From Lepidodermella squamata (taxonomy: Eukaryota > Animalia > Gastrotricha), in contig JBLDXI010000074.1 of NCBI GenBank assembly GCA_047495785.1, positions 992,001-1,056,000 on the forward strand: a stretch of 64,000 bases of DNA. Direction: 5' to 3'. This document shows, piece by piece, positions 1-13,227 of the stretch. The stretch's first letter is position 1, and each line of letters begins with the position of its first letter. Position numbers and translations under genes: made by a program. The notes under the pieces were generated by a model, which saw nothing but the letters and a program-made list of their open reading frames with translations, had not been told where the DNA came from and did not search any database.

Positions 1-595
1 ATGCAAGTTTTTTCATCGATCACCTCAAAATAGGCGTAATTCATAACAAATGGTGATTTTTTGTGCAAAAGAACGCGAGTATTATAGTGCGTGATGGCTT
101 TTTTCTACAGAATTTACCACACCGAGAAAAATAATGACCAGGTGCCAACGAAAACATTTTTTATTCAGCGATCATCGATTACTAGTAACAACTTCGCCGT
201 TATTATTATTATTATTGTATTGCTATCATTTTATATACTTGAGTAAATAAAACGTGCAGTATATATGTATGCTACAACAACATTGTGCGCGATCGAGCGC
301 ATCGAGTGTGATGACGCACCCAGCCACGCGCGTCGATTATTTTTTTCTGGTCTGGTCTCGCTTGTGAGCGCGATTTTTTCTCGATATTATCATCACATTC
401 GCGCGCATGTGTATACATTTTTCCGCACTACGGGTAATGTAATTAAAATATTCATAGAAATTATATACGCTTGTCATAGTCGGTGCAAAACACAATCTGA
501 CCGAAAAATCGTCACGCTCTGATAGATTTGTTAATTTTTACCAGAATTTGTTTGAAGAAGCAAGATTAACCTTGCGAAATAATACCAACAGTGTA

Positions 596-2731
596 ATGAT
601 AAGGTGAGGTACAATTTTATACTAAAATAGCTGAAAATCCTATCAATTTATTTTGTAGTGCCAGTTATTATCTGGTATCGAAAAAACACGGTCAAGCCAA
701 ATCATTGGTGTGGATACCCTGTCAAAATGGCGACATTCCAGCTGGTGCCGTTGAAGTTGGCCGGTATGAAAAAAGCAGAAACTTCTAAATTAAAAAATAT
801 TTATTATTGTCATCAAAAATTCGTGGAATTACCCTGATAAAATTAAAGAAATTAAAATGGATCTGAGTACCCTAAAAGTAGGGTTCAAGGCTTGAATTTG
901 AGGCTCCAGCCCCAATTTTCCATTTCCCAACCAAAATATAGTTTGTCGTGTTTGTAATATCCTCTTTGGAATCTTAATTTGTCATTATCACGCCAATTTT
1001 TTTCCATCAAGATGAGATTCTTCGCGATTAATTATTATACATTATTATAAATTTTTGGACTATATTTATTCTTTTTTGTTTATTTTTAGATTTGGTGGCC
1101 GAGGTGGAGAATTTATGTATATAGGCCGTGTTGCGTTACCGACGAATGACGTGATACCGGGCACGGTGATACCAAGCCTGAACGCGTGTTTCGCGGCCTG
1201 GGAAGGCAAAGAATACGTCGCCAAATCTTACGAGGTGCTTGTCAATTCGCAGCCAGAAGTGACCCATTTACACTGGGTAATACCGAGCTATGAAGGCCAC
1301 ATTCCAAGCGATGCAGTGAAGGTTAGCAATTGCTGTATATACCATATACCAATCGCGAATTTTCATTTCAGAAATTAATTAGATTAGGTATTTAGCCTAG
1401 TTAATTTCTTGTGGATATTTTGGGACATAGAACAAAGTTACCTTTGAGCGTGTCATTTTATTTGGGAACAATTAGCGTGATGCCCATGTTATTCTTATAA
1501 ATTGATTAGGCTTTTTCGAGCATATTTATGCAGATTTTCACAGGTCAACGTCGATTGCACAAACACCGAGCGTCGATTAGCGTTACCTACGACGATTTCC
1601 TTCTTAAAATAACATTATCCCCATTATTTTATAATAATTTTGCCCGTAAAAAAAGATTTTTATAGTTGTGCCTAAATCGATGGCACTGCGCAATGGGTTA
1701 AGAGTTGATTTTTCGGGAATTTCTGAATATAAAACGGAGCCTCAAAAGCGCCGATTGTTCGCAAATCGAATTTCCCAATTTTCAGAAATAACGAAAAAAT
1801 CAAATTCATTCTGAACTTCGTTGATGGCTAATACCATCGGTTGTTTGACCGTGAGATTTTCAGATAACCAAAGAAGCCATTTCGAGACCACCACGGTAGT
1901 TTATTATAAAATTCTTAATAAAGCCGACGTTTAGGTGCACCTGTCTAATTAGCTGGTTGAAAAGCTAACTGTATCATCTATTTTATTTGCATATACGGAG
2001 CTCATCTCGATTTTGGCAACGTGGAATGGGATCTATAACTAATAAATTGATTTAAAATATCAGTGATTTTCTGATATCGGCCTTGCTTCGGTATTTATCA
2101 ATTCGGCATCCGATATTCCCGCACATTGGCACGATTTTCGAATTATATTCTCACAAATTTAGAAAGTATTTGGTTCGCGCGAGAAACCCATATCCAATCG
2201 ATAGAGAATTTTCGGGCCTTTATTTTAGTTTAAAAACCGCGACATCAGCGCGCGGCCCTGAAATCTACGAAATTATCGACTTTAGCCCAAAATTCTTTTT
2301 TTACCCTGTGATCGCGCAAATGATGTTGGGGCCTGCGCGAAACTAAGGGGTCCGAAACTGAGCTTGTTATTTGCCAACTTGACAGTATTTGAAAAGTTGA
2401 AAACGTTTCCTAGTTCTACATGCGCGCCATCATATGCAATGACTTCAATATACATGGATGAAATTTCAAGAATACATTTCTTAACTCTGTAAATCTAACA
2501 TTTTAGGCCGGATTCGACGCGTATAACGAACAGCCGATTTTCATCGGACGAGCACGGCCGCCGGGCATGTTGGGTACGCATTGCGGCGGAATTAAAAACG
2601 CCGAGCGGGCGGTTCGCATCGCGTTCGACGGCGCCGAACATCTTGTTGAAGACTACAAAATCCTGTGCAAGAAAATCAACGTCGAACACAACGCAACGCT
2701 GAACATCAACGGCGTGACGCTACCTTCTTAA
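596..2731 (+). CDS. DM9-repeat (DUF3421) protein; approx. exons 596-603, 659-773, 1090-1321, 2507-2731
   Basis: Spliced translation LVWIPCQNGDIPAGAVEVGR...YIGRV...IPGTVIPS...YEVLV...WV...GHIPSDAVKAG...IFIGRA...YKILC gives two DM9 repeats; GT-AG junction phases are consistent; true start uncertain. Confidence 0.8.
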
Positions 2732-3630
2732 TGTTTATAGAATTTGTGTTGTTTTCTGTTCATCAATTTTTACACCCTCTGTCCGTTTTAAGGATGATGT
2801 TTCGTTGTCTAATCATGACCGATGATCGAAGTGGGAACGTGATATTTGCATTATTCGTCTCGGAAATTCTTGAAGTTAAGCGCGAATTCGGATCACATTT
2901 CTAAATCTCAAGGCTTGCCGCTTCATCGGTCATGATTATCTGCCTCTACTTGAATCTACGCAAAATCGTGTCATATGATAATTTTTATGTTTTCTAACGA
3001 CATTTTTGAAGCAGATTAAACAATTTTAAATGTACTCAAGATCATTTTTCCCATATAAAAAATCGATGGGTCATCGAGTCAAAAAGGGGCCATTTGTGCC
3101 CAAAATGTGCAAAGCAAAACTGTTTTAATTGTCAATTTTCCTAGACGCAGTGAGGGATTTTTTGAAATCTTTAGAAAACGGCATCAGCTAGCATAAATTC
3201 CGCCATGGGTCGGCTTGCTATCATGAGCGCAAGAAGGCGCGATTGCGCGATGGATGAGCCCAGGCAATGAATGAAATCGAACACCAAAGGTGAGCGTGCA
3301 AAGCCGATGTAAATATACTCACCAGTCAGAAACAGGACACTTATAATATGAATGCCTTTGAAATACTTTATTTGAATAAGTCCACCATTTAGAGCTCACG
3401 AAACTCATGAAAGCACTATACTAGGTTCACACAACAGCAAACAATACAATAACCCATACAAAATACCACAGAACGGCTCCACATGTGAATGCTTCACAGC
3501 CAAGTATAAATCGGCTCCACACAGGAAGTGATTCATATTAACATAGCCAGAGATAACAGTAAAATATAACTAGGTAACTTGTTTTCCAGTGGCCAGTTAT
3601 TCGGTTGGTATTCGCATCACACCTTGCTTC

Positions 3631-5398
3631 CTATTCGTCGTCAGCCTCGCGACTTTTGGGCTTGTCCTTCTTGTTGCCCTTGTGGCCCTTCTTGTGGCCC
3701 TTCTTCTTGTCTTCACGAGCTACCTCTTCTTCGTAGGCAGCCTCGCGACTTTTGGGCTTGTCCTTCTTGTTGCCCTTGTGGCCCTTCTTGTGGCCCTTCT
3801 TCTTGTCTTCACGAGCTACCTCTTCTTCGTAGGCAGCCTCGCGACTTTTGGGCTTGTCCTTCTTGTTGCCCTTGTGGCCCTTCTTGTGGCCCTTCTTCTT
3901 GTCTTCACGAGCTACCTCTTCTTCGTAGGCAGCCTCGCGCACAGAAAGCTTTTGATTCGTGTTGGGCTTGTTGACACCGTGGACAGTTTTGGGCTTCTTT
4001 GGGATCGAGTTGACGCCCTTGGGAAGCTTGGCGGCATTGTGGGCAAGTAGTTTAGCCTTGTCTGCAGCACTGATAAGAGGCTTCTTGCCCGTCTTAGGCT
4101 TGCCGTCCTTCTTCTTGTCTTCACGAGCTACCTCTTCTTCGTAGGCAGCCTCGCGACTTTTGGGCTTGTCCTTCTTGTTGCCCTTGTGGCCCTTCTTGTG
4201 GCCCTTCTTCTTGTCTTCACGAGCTACCTCTTCTTCGTAGGCAGCCTCGCGACTTTTGGGCTTGTCCTTCTTGTTGCCCTTGTGGCCCTTCTTGTGGCCC
4301 TTCTTCTTGTCTTCACGAGCTACCTCTTCTTCGTAGGCAGCCTCGCGCACAGAAAGCTTTTGATTCGTGTTGGGCTTGTTGACACCGTGGACAGTTTTGG
4401 GCTTCTTTGGGATCGAGTTGACGCCCTTGGGAAGCTTGGCGGCATTGTGGGCAAGTAGTTTAGCCTTGTCTGCAGCACTGATAAGAGGCTTCTTGCCCGT
4501 CTTAGGCTTGCCGTCCTTCTTCTTGTCTTCACGAGCTACCTCTTCTTCGTAGGCAGCCTCGCGACTTTTGGGCTTGTCCTTCTTGTTGCCCTTGTGGCCC
4601 TTCTTGTGGCCCTTCTTCTTGTCTTCACGAGCTACCTCTTCTTCGTAGGCAGCCTCGCGACTTTTGGGCTTGTCCTTCTTGTTGCCCTTGTGGCCCTTCT
4701 TGTGGCCCTTCTTCTTGTCTTCACGAGCTACCTCTTCTTCGTAGGCAGCCTCGCGCACAGAAAGCTTTTGATTCGTGTTGGGCTTGTTGACACCGTGGAC
4801 AGTTTTGGGCTTCTTTGGGATCGAGTTGACGACCTTGGGAAGCTTGGCGGCATTGTGGGCAAGTAGTTTAGCCTTGTCTGCAGCACTGATAAGAGGCTTC
4901 TTGCCCGTCTTAGGCTTGCCGTCCTTCTTCTTGTCTTCACGAGCTACCTCTTCTTCGTAGGCAGCCTCGCGACTTTTGGGCTTGTCCTTCTTGTTGCCCT
5001 TGTGGCCCTTCTTGTGGCCCTTCTTTTTATCTTCGCGAGCTACCTCTTCTTCGTAGGCAGCCTCGCGAAAAGCGAGCTGGTGAGTCAACGCGGGCTTGGC
5101 GCCAATGTGGACGGTGCTGGGCTTCTTTGCGACCTTGTTGGCGCCATTGGCAATCTTGACGGCATTGTGCGCGAGCGCGTTAGCAACGCTGACCTTGCCA
5201 GCTACACCGGTAGGCTTCTTGGACTTGCTAACATCATGGATCTTGCTTGCTACACCGGAAGGCGATTTCGGCTTTTTGTCTTCTGCCGATACAGCCAACA
5301 CAGCAGCAAAAGCCTGTGAAATGAAATCGTATCATGGCAAGATATAACGCAGACGTGAAACTCACCACTACAAGAGTCAGAAAGATGATCTTGTTCAT
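3631..5398 (-). CDS. Secreted Lys/His-rich polyprotein precursor A (571 aa; exons 5398-5366, 5313-3631)
   Basis: Signal peptide MNKIIFLTLVV|AFAAVLAVSA split by a 52-nt GT-AG intron; 11 copies of spacer REAAYEEEVAR separate cationic modules; TATA-like element near 5459-5466. Confidence 0.9.
3640..5070. repeat. Coding higher-order tandem repeat: 96-bp and 216-bp units arranged in a 408-bp period
   Basis: Near-identical shadow ORFs recur at 3912, 4320 and 4728 (408-bp offsets); 8 short and 3 long modules. Confidence 0.9.
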
Positions 5399-7039
5399 GA
5401 TAGGACGAAAGTTAAAAACGAAAAGAGGATAGTGAAATTTTACTGATCAGCCTTGCGCTTTTATAGGCATTCTTAGGGAAAGTTTCGCCAACTGTTCAAA
5501 TTCGAGCTCACGTGTATAACGGGGCGCATTCACATGTTTCGGGTATAACAATGCACTTGATGAATGATAGCACTAAGGTGGAGGCGAGCTGGCAGCGGTT
5601 CAGTTGTTAAAAAGCACATGAACATCGCTAAAATATTGTAAAATATTTAGCGGCTTGTTTGCATTAGAAGCTAACGAAATAAAAAATTTGACGCTGGCTA
5701 GCAAACAAATTAAATATGTAGTAGTTTCATTTTTAATTATGAATTATCTATTGGCAGATGTTGAGAATAATGAATTAAAGAAAAAGAAGTTGAAAAAGGA
5801 AAATTGACCTCATCCGTGCGGGCGCGTATATTTCTTCTTCGAAAAGCAATCGGCATAATAATTTTGCGATGATGATGTTACTCATTTGTCATTCTGCTAT
5901 GTCAAACGGTACCCTCTGCTTTCCTCTAACTATTCCAGAGTGAGCCGAAGAAATGAGTGCCGAAAGATGAGTAAACCGCATTTATTTGTGTTTCCAAGAT
6001 CGAAGACAGGTCAACCTGAATTTCTGTGCAAAATAATGTCATTCATATGTTGATGGTACATAATCTCAATCGGAAAATGTTTAAAACATCGCCACAATTA
6101 TATTAAGTCTAACATGTCAGAACTATGTCAGATCGAGAAAGATGAAAATCATTAAAAAGCAGAGATAAAACTCGGCACTGTTCGCGATTTTTACAGTCAA
6201 CATTCAATTGGTTTATATGTATGGTGTTCTCTGAGAAGTTGCATCCTTTGAGTTATATTCATTCTTTTATTTATTCGTCTGAAGACTAGACTTGAGTGAA
6301 TGTAATGTGATTCGATTAAGCTATAGCTGTTTTTCGCCATGTGCGTGTGATGAACGGTTCCACCCCTCACTCCTATTGCTTTAGGGAAGAGTAGGCGCAG
6401 AAAAACCTAAGCGACTAGCCGTGGAACGAATAAAAATTCAGCTTATCTGCTAACAGTGGTGGTCCCCGAAGATGGTGAGAGTTGAAAATCGGAGCGAGAG
6501 CTTGAACGATTCATCACATAAATTCATCGAACAGATGGCACAACAACTTCATGGCGTATTGCTTTCAGTTTAACCGTTATATTTTATACGTAGTATTAAA
6601 ATCATGCGCATTAGTATGAAGTTGACTTTGTTCGAAAAATTGGTTAAATTGACATGTATGTAGCAACTTCAATTGTGGCTTTCGGGTTCCAGCTACCGCT
6701 TTTTATCTTCATTTCTAAGTTATAGTTGATTAGGGCTGCTGATGCAATTATTTATTTCTCGGCGTTCTTTTTTCAATTGAGCTTCGCCATTTTTATTCAT
6801 GCATTTCGCAATTTATTTTACGATGAGCACCTAGTACTGACATTAAATTACAAGCGCATACTACCAATAATTCATCAGTGCATTGTATGTATTTGTTTGC
6901 TTGAATGACAGCTGGTTTGATCTAAGTTTTCGGCTTCTTCGGGGAAGACAAAGAATGGCTATTAGCCTACTCCTACTTAATCTGCCACGGACCAAGCCGG
7001 TTCTGCAAGCTATTCCTTGAGCTTTTATGGGGCGCATCA

Positions 7040-8790
7040 CCAGCCGAATTTCCTGAACTATTCAAACCCGCGTCGATGAGCACAAGATCATTGATTCGAA
7101 GTGAAGGCCGACTGCTAGTCTTTGTGCGTGGCACGCAGTCTTGCTGTACAAGCTCAGCCAATTGCGCCTCCTGCGTAAGATCGTCAGCGTAAGATCAGTG
7201 CTTGTCGACACTCGATGTCTGGGTGGTAAATGATGGTGCCCGTTAGATGCTCAGTGGATCTGTCACCATCGGCGATCGGCTGGAGAGTGATCACTTCAGC
7301 AATTCTACACGCGTTAAGATACCGCTGCTTGGCGTCAAACGCGTCCTGCCCAGTCCTGGACCCGCCCCTCGGTTCGATATCTCTCGGGCCGATCGTAAGG
7401 GTTACCAGCGTACACTGTGGGACCTTCTCGGTGCGATCCGGGTCCCTCAGCTTGGCGAACCGCTCCTTCGCTTGACCGAGTTCCGCCGCGCCATCAACGC
7501 TGCCCTCGTCGAAGCCCGCCGCCTTCACGTTCCTCTTTGTGACCGTAGCGAGCTGAAGAAAATATCGATGACTCCTGAGATGCGTGCTCTTATTCAGCAG
7601 AAACGCGTTCTTGAGCGGGCCATTGGCAATCACGTTGAGCCAGTTGTCGCAGCCGAAATCAAGCGGCTCGATGCAGCATTTCGTGACGCTAAGCAACAGC
7701 ACGAGTTCCGCCACGATGTCGCCAACCTGCGGCAAGTTGTTGCCCTCTCTGAAGCCTGGGTGCGTCTGCGACAGCTCGACCGGTCCGATGAACCTACCCG
7801 TTCCACTCTCTTTCATCGGCAATGTCTTTTATAAGTGGGGTGGTGTGCCTCTACAGACTCACCTTCGTCTTCTCTACAACATGTGCCTCGGCAGCCAATA
7901 CACCCTGCCGGATTGGAAGGAGGCAGTTGCCGTTGCCGTGCCCAAGTCGGGCAAGCCGCGTGCCGCCGTGTCGTCGCAGCGTCCCATATCGCTGTTGCCG
8001 TGCTGTTGACATTCCAGCTCGTATCGCCCACCGAGTGCATCAGGCCCGCGTGGCCAAACGCAATATGATAGTTGACTCGATGTGAAGGCTGCATACGATT
8101 CAGTTTGGCACTCTGGCTTGGTCCATAAGCTTGGCCAACTGCCCCTGCGCGCAATCTCATTGGGTGGCTCGCGGCTCGCGGATTACTTACGCGATCGGAA
8201 GCTCCAAGCTCGTGTGGCCGGTTTCCTCTGCCGGCAGGTCGTGTTACAGTGCGGTGTTCCGCAAGGGTCCCCGCTTTCTCCGCTCCTCTACATCATCTAC
8301 ACCAGCGACCTCCTCCGCTCCCCGAGTGCGCCTGGGACCTCCCTGGACGCTTATGCCGACGACCTCACCCTCGCCAGCAAGGGCGCTACCTTTGCCGAAG
8401 CTCAGACGCTGGCCCAGACCGAGGTTGATCGAATTGCCGCCAGGGCCTGCCTTAGGCGCCAGCAATTTAATGCATCTAAAAGCGAAGTCATCGCTTTCTC
8501 TCGCCAGCCCCCAGTCCTTCGAGTCGAACTATGCGGCGCCGCCGTTCCACAGGTGACAGCGTTGCGCATACTCGGGCTCATTTTCGATGAAAAGCTCACT
8601 TGAAAGCCTCACATAGACCACGTCCTCCAACGGTGCGGGCGTAATTTGTCCTGGTTTCACACGGTCTTGCATCGTCCGGGCCTGTCTCTGAGATGGCGCC
8701 GCGCTACTTACCTTTCACTCGTCCGCTCCATTGCGACCTTCCGGGCTGTTGCTTTCTCCTCCGCCGCCAAGACGCAGCTTCGCCGTCTGG
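7040..8790 (+). mobile_element. Degenerate non-LTR retrotransposon (LINE) fragment: end of APE endonuclease plus reverse transcriptase
   Basis: ESDH (APE C-terminus), QRPISLL, KAAYDSVWH, GVPQGSPLSPLLY, YADD and LRILGLIFD motifs spread over several frames, with stops and frameshifts. Confidence 0.9.
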
Positions 8791-8809
8791 ATGTACTACG
8801 CCTCAAACG

Positions 8810-8945
8810 CCTCAACGGGGAGAAATTATGTATATAGGCCGCGTTGACATGACACCAGTTACGGTGATAACAAGCCTAAAAGCGTGTTTCGGCCTGGGAA
8901 AGCAAAGAATACGCTGAAAGGTCTTACTAGGTGCGTATGAATCTG
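8810..8945 (+). pseudogene. DM9 gene exon fragment
   Basis: GEIMYIGRVDMTPVTVITSLKACF matches GEFMYIGRVALPTNDVIPGTVIPSLNACF at 1105-1195; frameshifted; abuts the LINE. Confidence 0.75.
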
Positions 8946-9190
8946 CTGAACGCAAGCCCTGTCAAGTTAGTAACCAAAGAAGGGGAACGTTCAGCTGTTC
9001 CTAGATATGCTGTTCCTAGATATATTCGAGTTAGCGAATAAGCCGCGCTAGATACTTGCGTTACATACACCTGGATTTGCCGGCTAGCTCTTTAACCTTG
9101 AAGTCGATACACAGTATTTCATGAATTAGTGTAAAACGATAGTATACTGCCCAAACTCTTAAAGCATGAGAATATTTTGTATACTATTCT

Positions 9191-9521
9191 TTCTTTTAAG
9201 CAGTGCTAGGTTGTCATACAAGTTTAACACATCATGATATCAAACATCATGATATGTTAACATCATTAACACATCATGATAGCCTTCACACAATATGAAA
9301 TCAAAGCATGAGAATTGAGAATAGTTTTCGTATTACTGTAGAGACTCCAATTTCCGGAGATTCTGAGTTCGAATCCGAGTCCGGACACATTATTTTATGC
9401 GCTTTCCACATAGACTCTACAGTAATATGAAACTATTCTCAATTCTCATGCTTTGATTTCATGATGTGTGAAGGCTATGTGTTAAACTTGTATGACAACT
9501 TAGCACTGCGCTTGAAAAGAA
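9191..9521. mobile_element. Foldback/MITE-like inverted repeat with a B-box-like sequence in the loop
   Basis: Arm gcagtgctaggttgtcatacaagtttaacac...tactgtagag is inverted at about 9412-9521; loop contains GAGTTCGAATCC. Confidence 0.7.
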
Positions 9522-10271
9522 TTTCTCGGCTGGGAAACCACCGTCGCCTAGTGAGTGGCCAATGGCTTGCTGGTGAAATCAGAAATCAGGAGCAATTACC
9601 AAGGATTTCCAAACACAAAACATATTTCTACACTCAATTCAACAGTCCAGCATTTTTACCCGACCGTGCTACAGGCTTTGTAGAAGGTAGATCCTGACTT
9701 CGGCCATCCCAGCTCGGCCAGGCCAGACAACAAAATGAGAGTTTATTGCACTGGGTGAGAGGTTGTAGAGCGTGTTTTAGTGGGAAATCTTCGTAATTTT
9801 CTCGCTTCGCTCGCTTTTTAGTCAAAATGACCAGTCACAGCAAATACAGCAAATAAAATTTCAATTTGCTATTGGAAAGGATTACCATATCCTTATATGA
9901 TACTATATGGACTGATACTATATTCATCAGTCAGAAACAAGCTATGTGCTGATGGAGTAATTTATTATTATAATTCCACCATATCTGGAGCTCATCAAAT
10001 TCAAGAACGCACTAGACTACGGCCACACAACAGCAAACAATACATTACCCCGCAAAAAACTAAGAACGGCTAAGAAGCATGTAAATGCTTCAAAGCCAAA
10101 TCTAAATCGGCTCGACACAAGAAGTGTTTCATAGCCAAATCACTCAGCTATAGCTATGCAGGAAACATATCAAGCAAACATTACATTACAAACGTAACAA
10201 ACTGAACATTTGTCACAGACCGGTTATACTTCAGGTACCCTAAGTCAACGTCGCGCTACTTCTAATCATAT

Positions 10272-10950
10272 TTAACGGCCTTCAACCTTCGGCTCGGCCT
10301 TGCTGTTCAAGCGGAAGGTGTTGGGCTTCTTCTGGCCATTCTTGTTGTGCTGGCTGAGATTGTTGCCCTTCTTTCCGTCCTTGTGGCCGCTCTTCTTAGA
10401 ACCATGGGGCTTCTTCTTATCTTCACGAGCTACCTCTTCTTCGTAGGCAGCCTCACGTAAAGCATACTTTACAGTCGGTGCGGGCTTGCTGCCAATGTGT
10501 ACGGTGTTGGGCTTCTTCTGGCCGTTCTTGTTGTGCTGGGTAAGATTGTTGCCCTTCTTTCCGCCCTTTTTGGAACTTTTCTCCTTATTCTTCTTATCTT
10601 CACGAGCTACCTCTTCTTCGTAGGCAGCCTCACGTTTACCGATCTCAACCTTCGGCTCGGCCTTGCTGTTCAAGCGGAAGGTGTTAGGCTTCTTCTGGCC
10701 GTTCTTGATAAGATTGCCTGCCAGCACGGCGCCATGGCCAAGCTTGCTGCCCTTGTGGTTGCTCCTTTGGCCGTTTATGTTAGCACCATGGGCCTTGACT
10801 GCTGAACCGCTAGGCTTCGGCGTTTTTTTCTCCTCTGCCGATACAGCCAACACAGCAGCGAAAGCCTTTAAAATGAAAACATATCATTGCAAGATATCCA
10901 GGAGGCGTGAAACCTACCGCCACAAGAGTGAGAAGGATGATCCTGTTCAT
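10272..10950 (-). CDS. Secreted cationic polyprotein precursor B (208 aa; exons 10950-10918, 10865-10272)
   Basis: Same signal exon and intron position as A; two REAAYEEEVAR spacers; ends in KVEGR-stop. Confidence 0.88.
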
Positions 10951-13227
10951 GTCGGAGCGAAAATTGAAACGAAAAGATATTTGTGAAATTTTCTGATCAG
11001 CTTTACGCTTTATAGGCATTCAAGAAGCCAACTGTTCAAGCATGACTCCAAGTGTTTGTCGAAGCGCATTCACGTGCTTCGAGCATACCAAAACGCACTT
11101 AGTGAATGATAATACAGCGACGGAGGCAACGTGACATTAGTGTAATTGTCGAAGATGCACATGAACATCGTTCAAACATTTTGAATAATTTAGCGGCTTG
11201 TATGCACAAGAAGCCAGTGAAATAACAAAATAATGAATGCAAAAAATGAAATAGGGAGTAGTTTTATTCTTAATTATAAATTCGCTATTATCTGCCGAAA
11301 ATTCGAGGAAACTCAGGAAAGAAAATGGACGCAATCATATATGTTGAATATAGGTTTTTGTTTTTCAGTTGCTATATGTTGAAACTCAAGGATTGGCGAC
11401 TTGGCGTTAATGATGGTCAAAATGGTTAACATAAAATAAAAAAAAGATATCAATTTCAATCGAAAAAAAAATATGTCACATGTGTCAAAACTGTCAGAGG
11501 GGAGCTGAGGTGGGAGCTGCCAGAACTGAAGAGATAAAAAAGACTTGTTCGCGATTTGCGCAGTCATAATTCCAACTTCTCGATGTAGATTGGTTTTCCA
11601 CAGCGGATGTTTTATTGTTCATAAATTTATTCTTCCCAGGATCAGTGCTGCAAAAACCTATCGTAGTTAACTGAAGTTTCGGCGAAATTTGGAAGAAAAT
11701 TGGAAAAATTTATAAAAATCGACTGAGTTTTTTTCTGAAATTTGCGGAAATTATCCAATTATGATATCCGGAGGTTTGAAATTAATTCTCAGTGCTCAGG
11801 ATAATGGAACCTATGTGAATATTCGTTACAGCCCTCGCTCTCACTCACTCGGAACTGAAAGCGCAGTCAGGTGATTAGATGCCTATAAATTTACTGTTAA
11901 TGGTTTAACGAGACGTAAAAACCAGTTCAATAAGACGCCTCTGCAAGCCTCGAGAAGAGCGAGAGCTTGAACATTGAACAATTCATTAAATATAGTTTCA
12001 TCCAACATAATACATTTCAGCTTGTACATTGCTCTCAGAAAAATTCTTGACCGTTTCTCAAAGCCTGTGTGCAGTGGTATGCAATTGACATATCGCTCGG
12101 AAATAACCATATCGTTTGCTTCACTGATTTGTATGTAAACAATTCACTTTGCGGCTTTCTGCCTTCAGCTACTGCTTCCTGTTAGATGTTAAATTCATGG
12201 CCGAATGCCCTGGCCTTTGACGATTGGGGCTGCTGATGCCGTGATTTATTTCTTGCTCTTTTTCATTTTAGTCTCTTTCATTTCCTCCATTTCACTTAAC
12301 TGACTCACTCGGAGATATTTTCCTACGAGTAGCACTTAGTAATGGCGTCCATTACAAGCGATAATACATCAGTGGCTCGAAGCCTCGTGTTTGTTTGCTT
12401 GAATGGCAGCTGGATTCATGGAAGCTGGCTGCTTGTTGGAAAAGCTATTAGCCTACTCCTACTCATAGCTTGCCACGGACCGCGGCGGTTAAGCGATGAG
12501 CTTTTCACCCAAGCGTCTGTTTTTATGTAAGTCTTATTGCTTACATTGCCGATAACGTTCAAGTAATTGATGTTCCGCGATCTTATCAATCTTTAGGCTT
12601 AACATATAAATGCTTTATTGACGTTGGCAAATAAATACTCTCAATTATTGCTTTATTGCTCAATTATTATAGAAAATCTAGCTCACTAGATGTTTCTTCT
12701 TTTTCTGCGGGTTCCCTTCCAGGCCTCGCTGTACTTCTTGTTCTTATTTTGACTGCATTGTGATTCCGCCGCTGCCTGCCCAGTTAGTTTTCAAACCGAT
12801 TCTTGTTACTTGGCCATTCCTGTTGTGTGGCTTGAATCGCCTGGCAATTAGCAGCTGTAGAATAGAAACTTGAAACAAAACTGCTTCAAGCTTCAAGCCA
12901 CATTTATCAATTCTTTATTAAGCGCCGTTTCAGTGAGACAAGCACCCTGCACATCCGGCATCCTAACGCCATGGCGAACCTACAAATTCCGCAAAAGATA
13001 CTCATAACCTTCGCCTTTCGCAGATGGCGCCCAACTTCGCAGCTATAGTTTGCACCGTGATGCTTCTGTCCTGAATACGTGAGCCCACGTGAGATATCTA
13101 ACATGTCGCAGTCCATGTCAACAAGTCGTGAACTCAATGTGACAGCTTGTGTAGCTAAAAATTTGTAAAAGGTGAGCATCAGTGAACAGCGTTGAAGCGT
13201 AGTCGAATCATTCAGCGTCATTTCAAC

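Noticed and set aside
3640-5070. CRISPR-like repeat/spacer array
   Set aside because: The intervening sequences are themselves repeated and in frame; eukaryotic context; no cas genes
3579-5319. Plus-strand ORFs resembling metallothionein (CPSCCPCGPSC) or multi-pass membrane proteins
   Set aside because: Antisense shadows of the AAG/GAA-rich polyprotein repeat; the signal peptide, intron, TATA box and paralog conservation all support the minus-strand frame
7184-8599. Minus-strand ORFs over the LINE
   Set aside because: Shadow frames of GC-rich RT sequence
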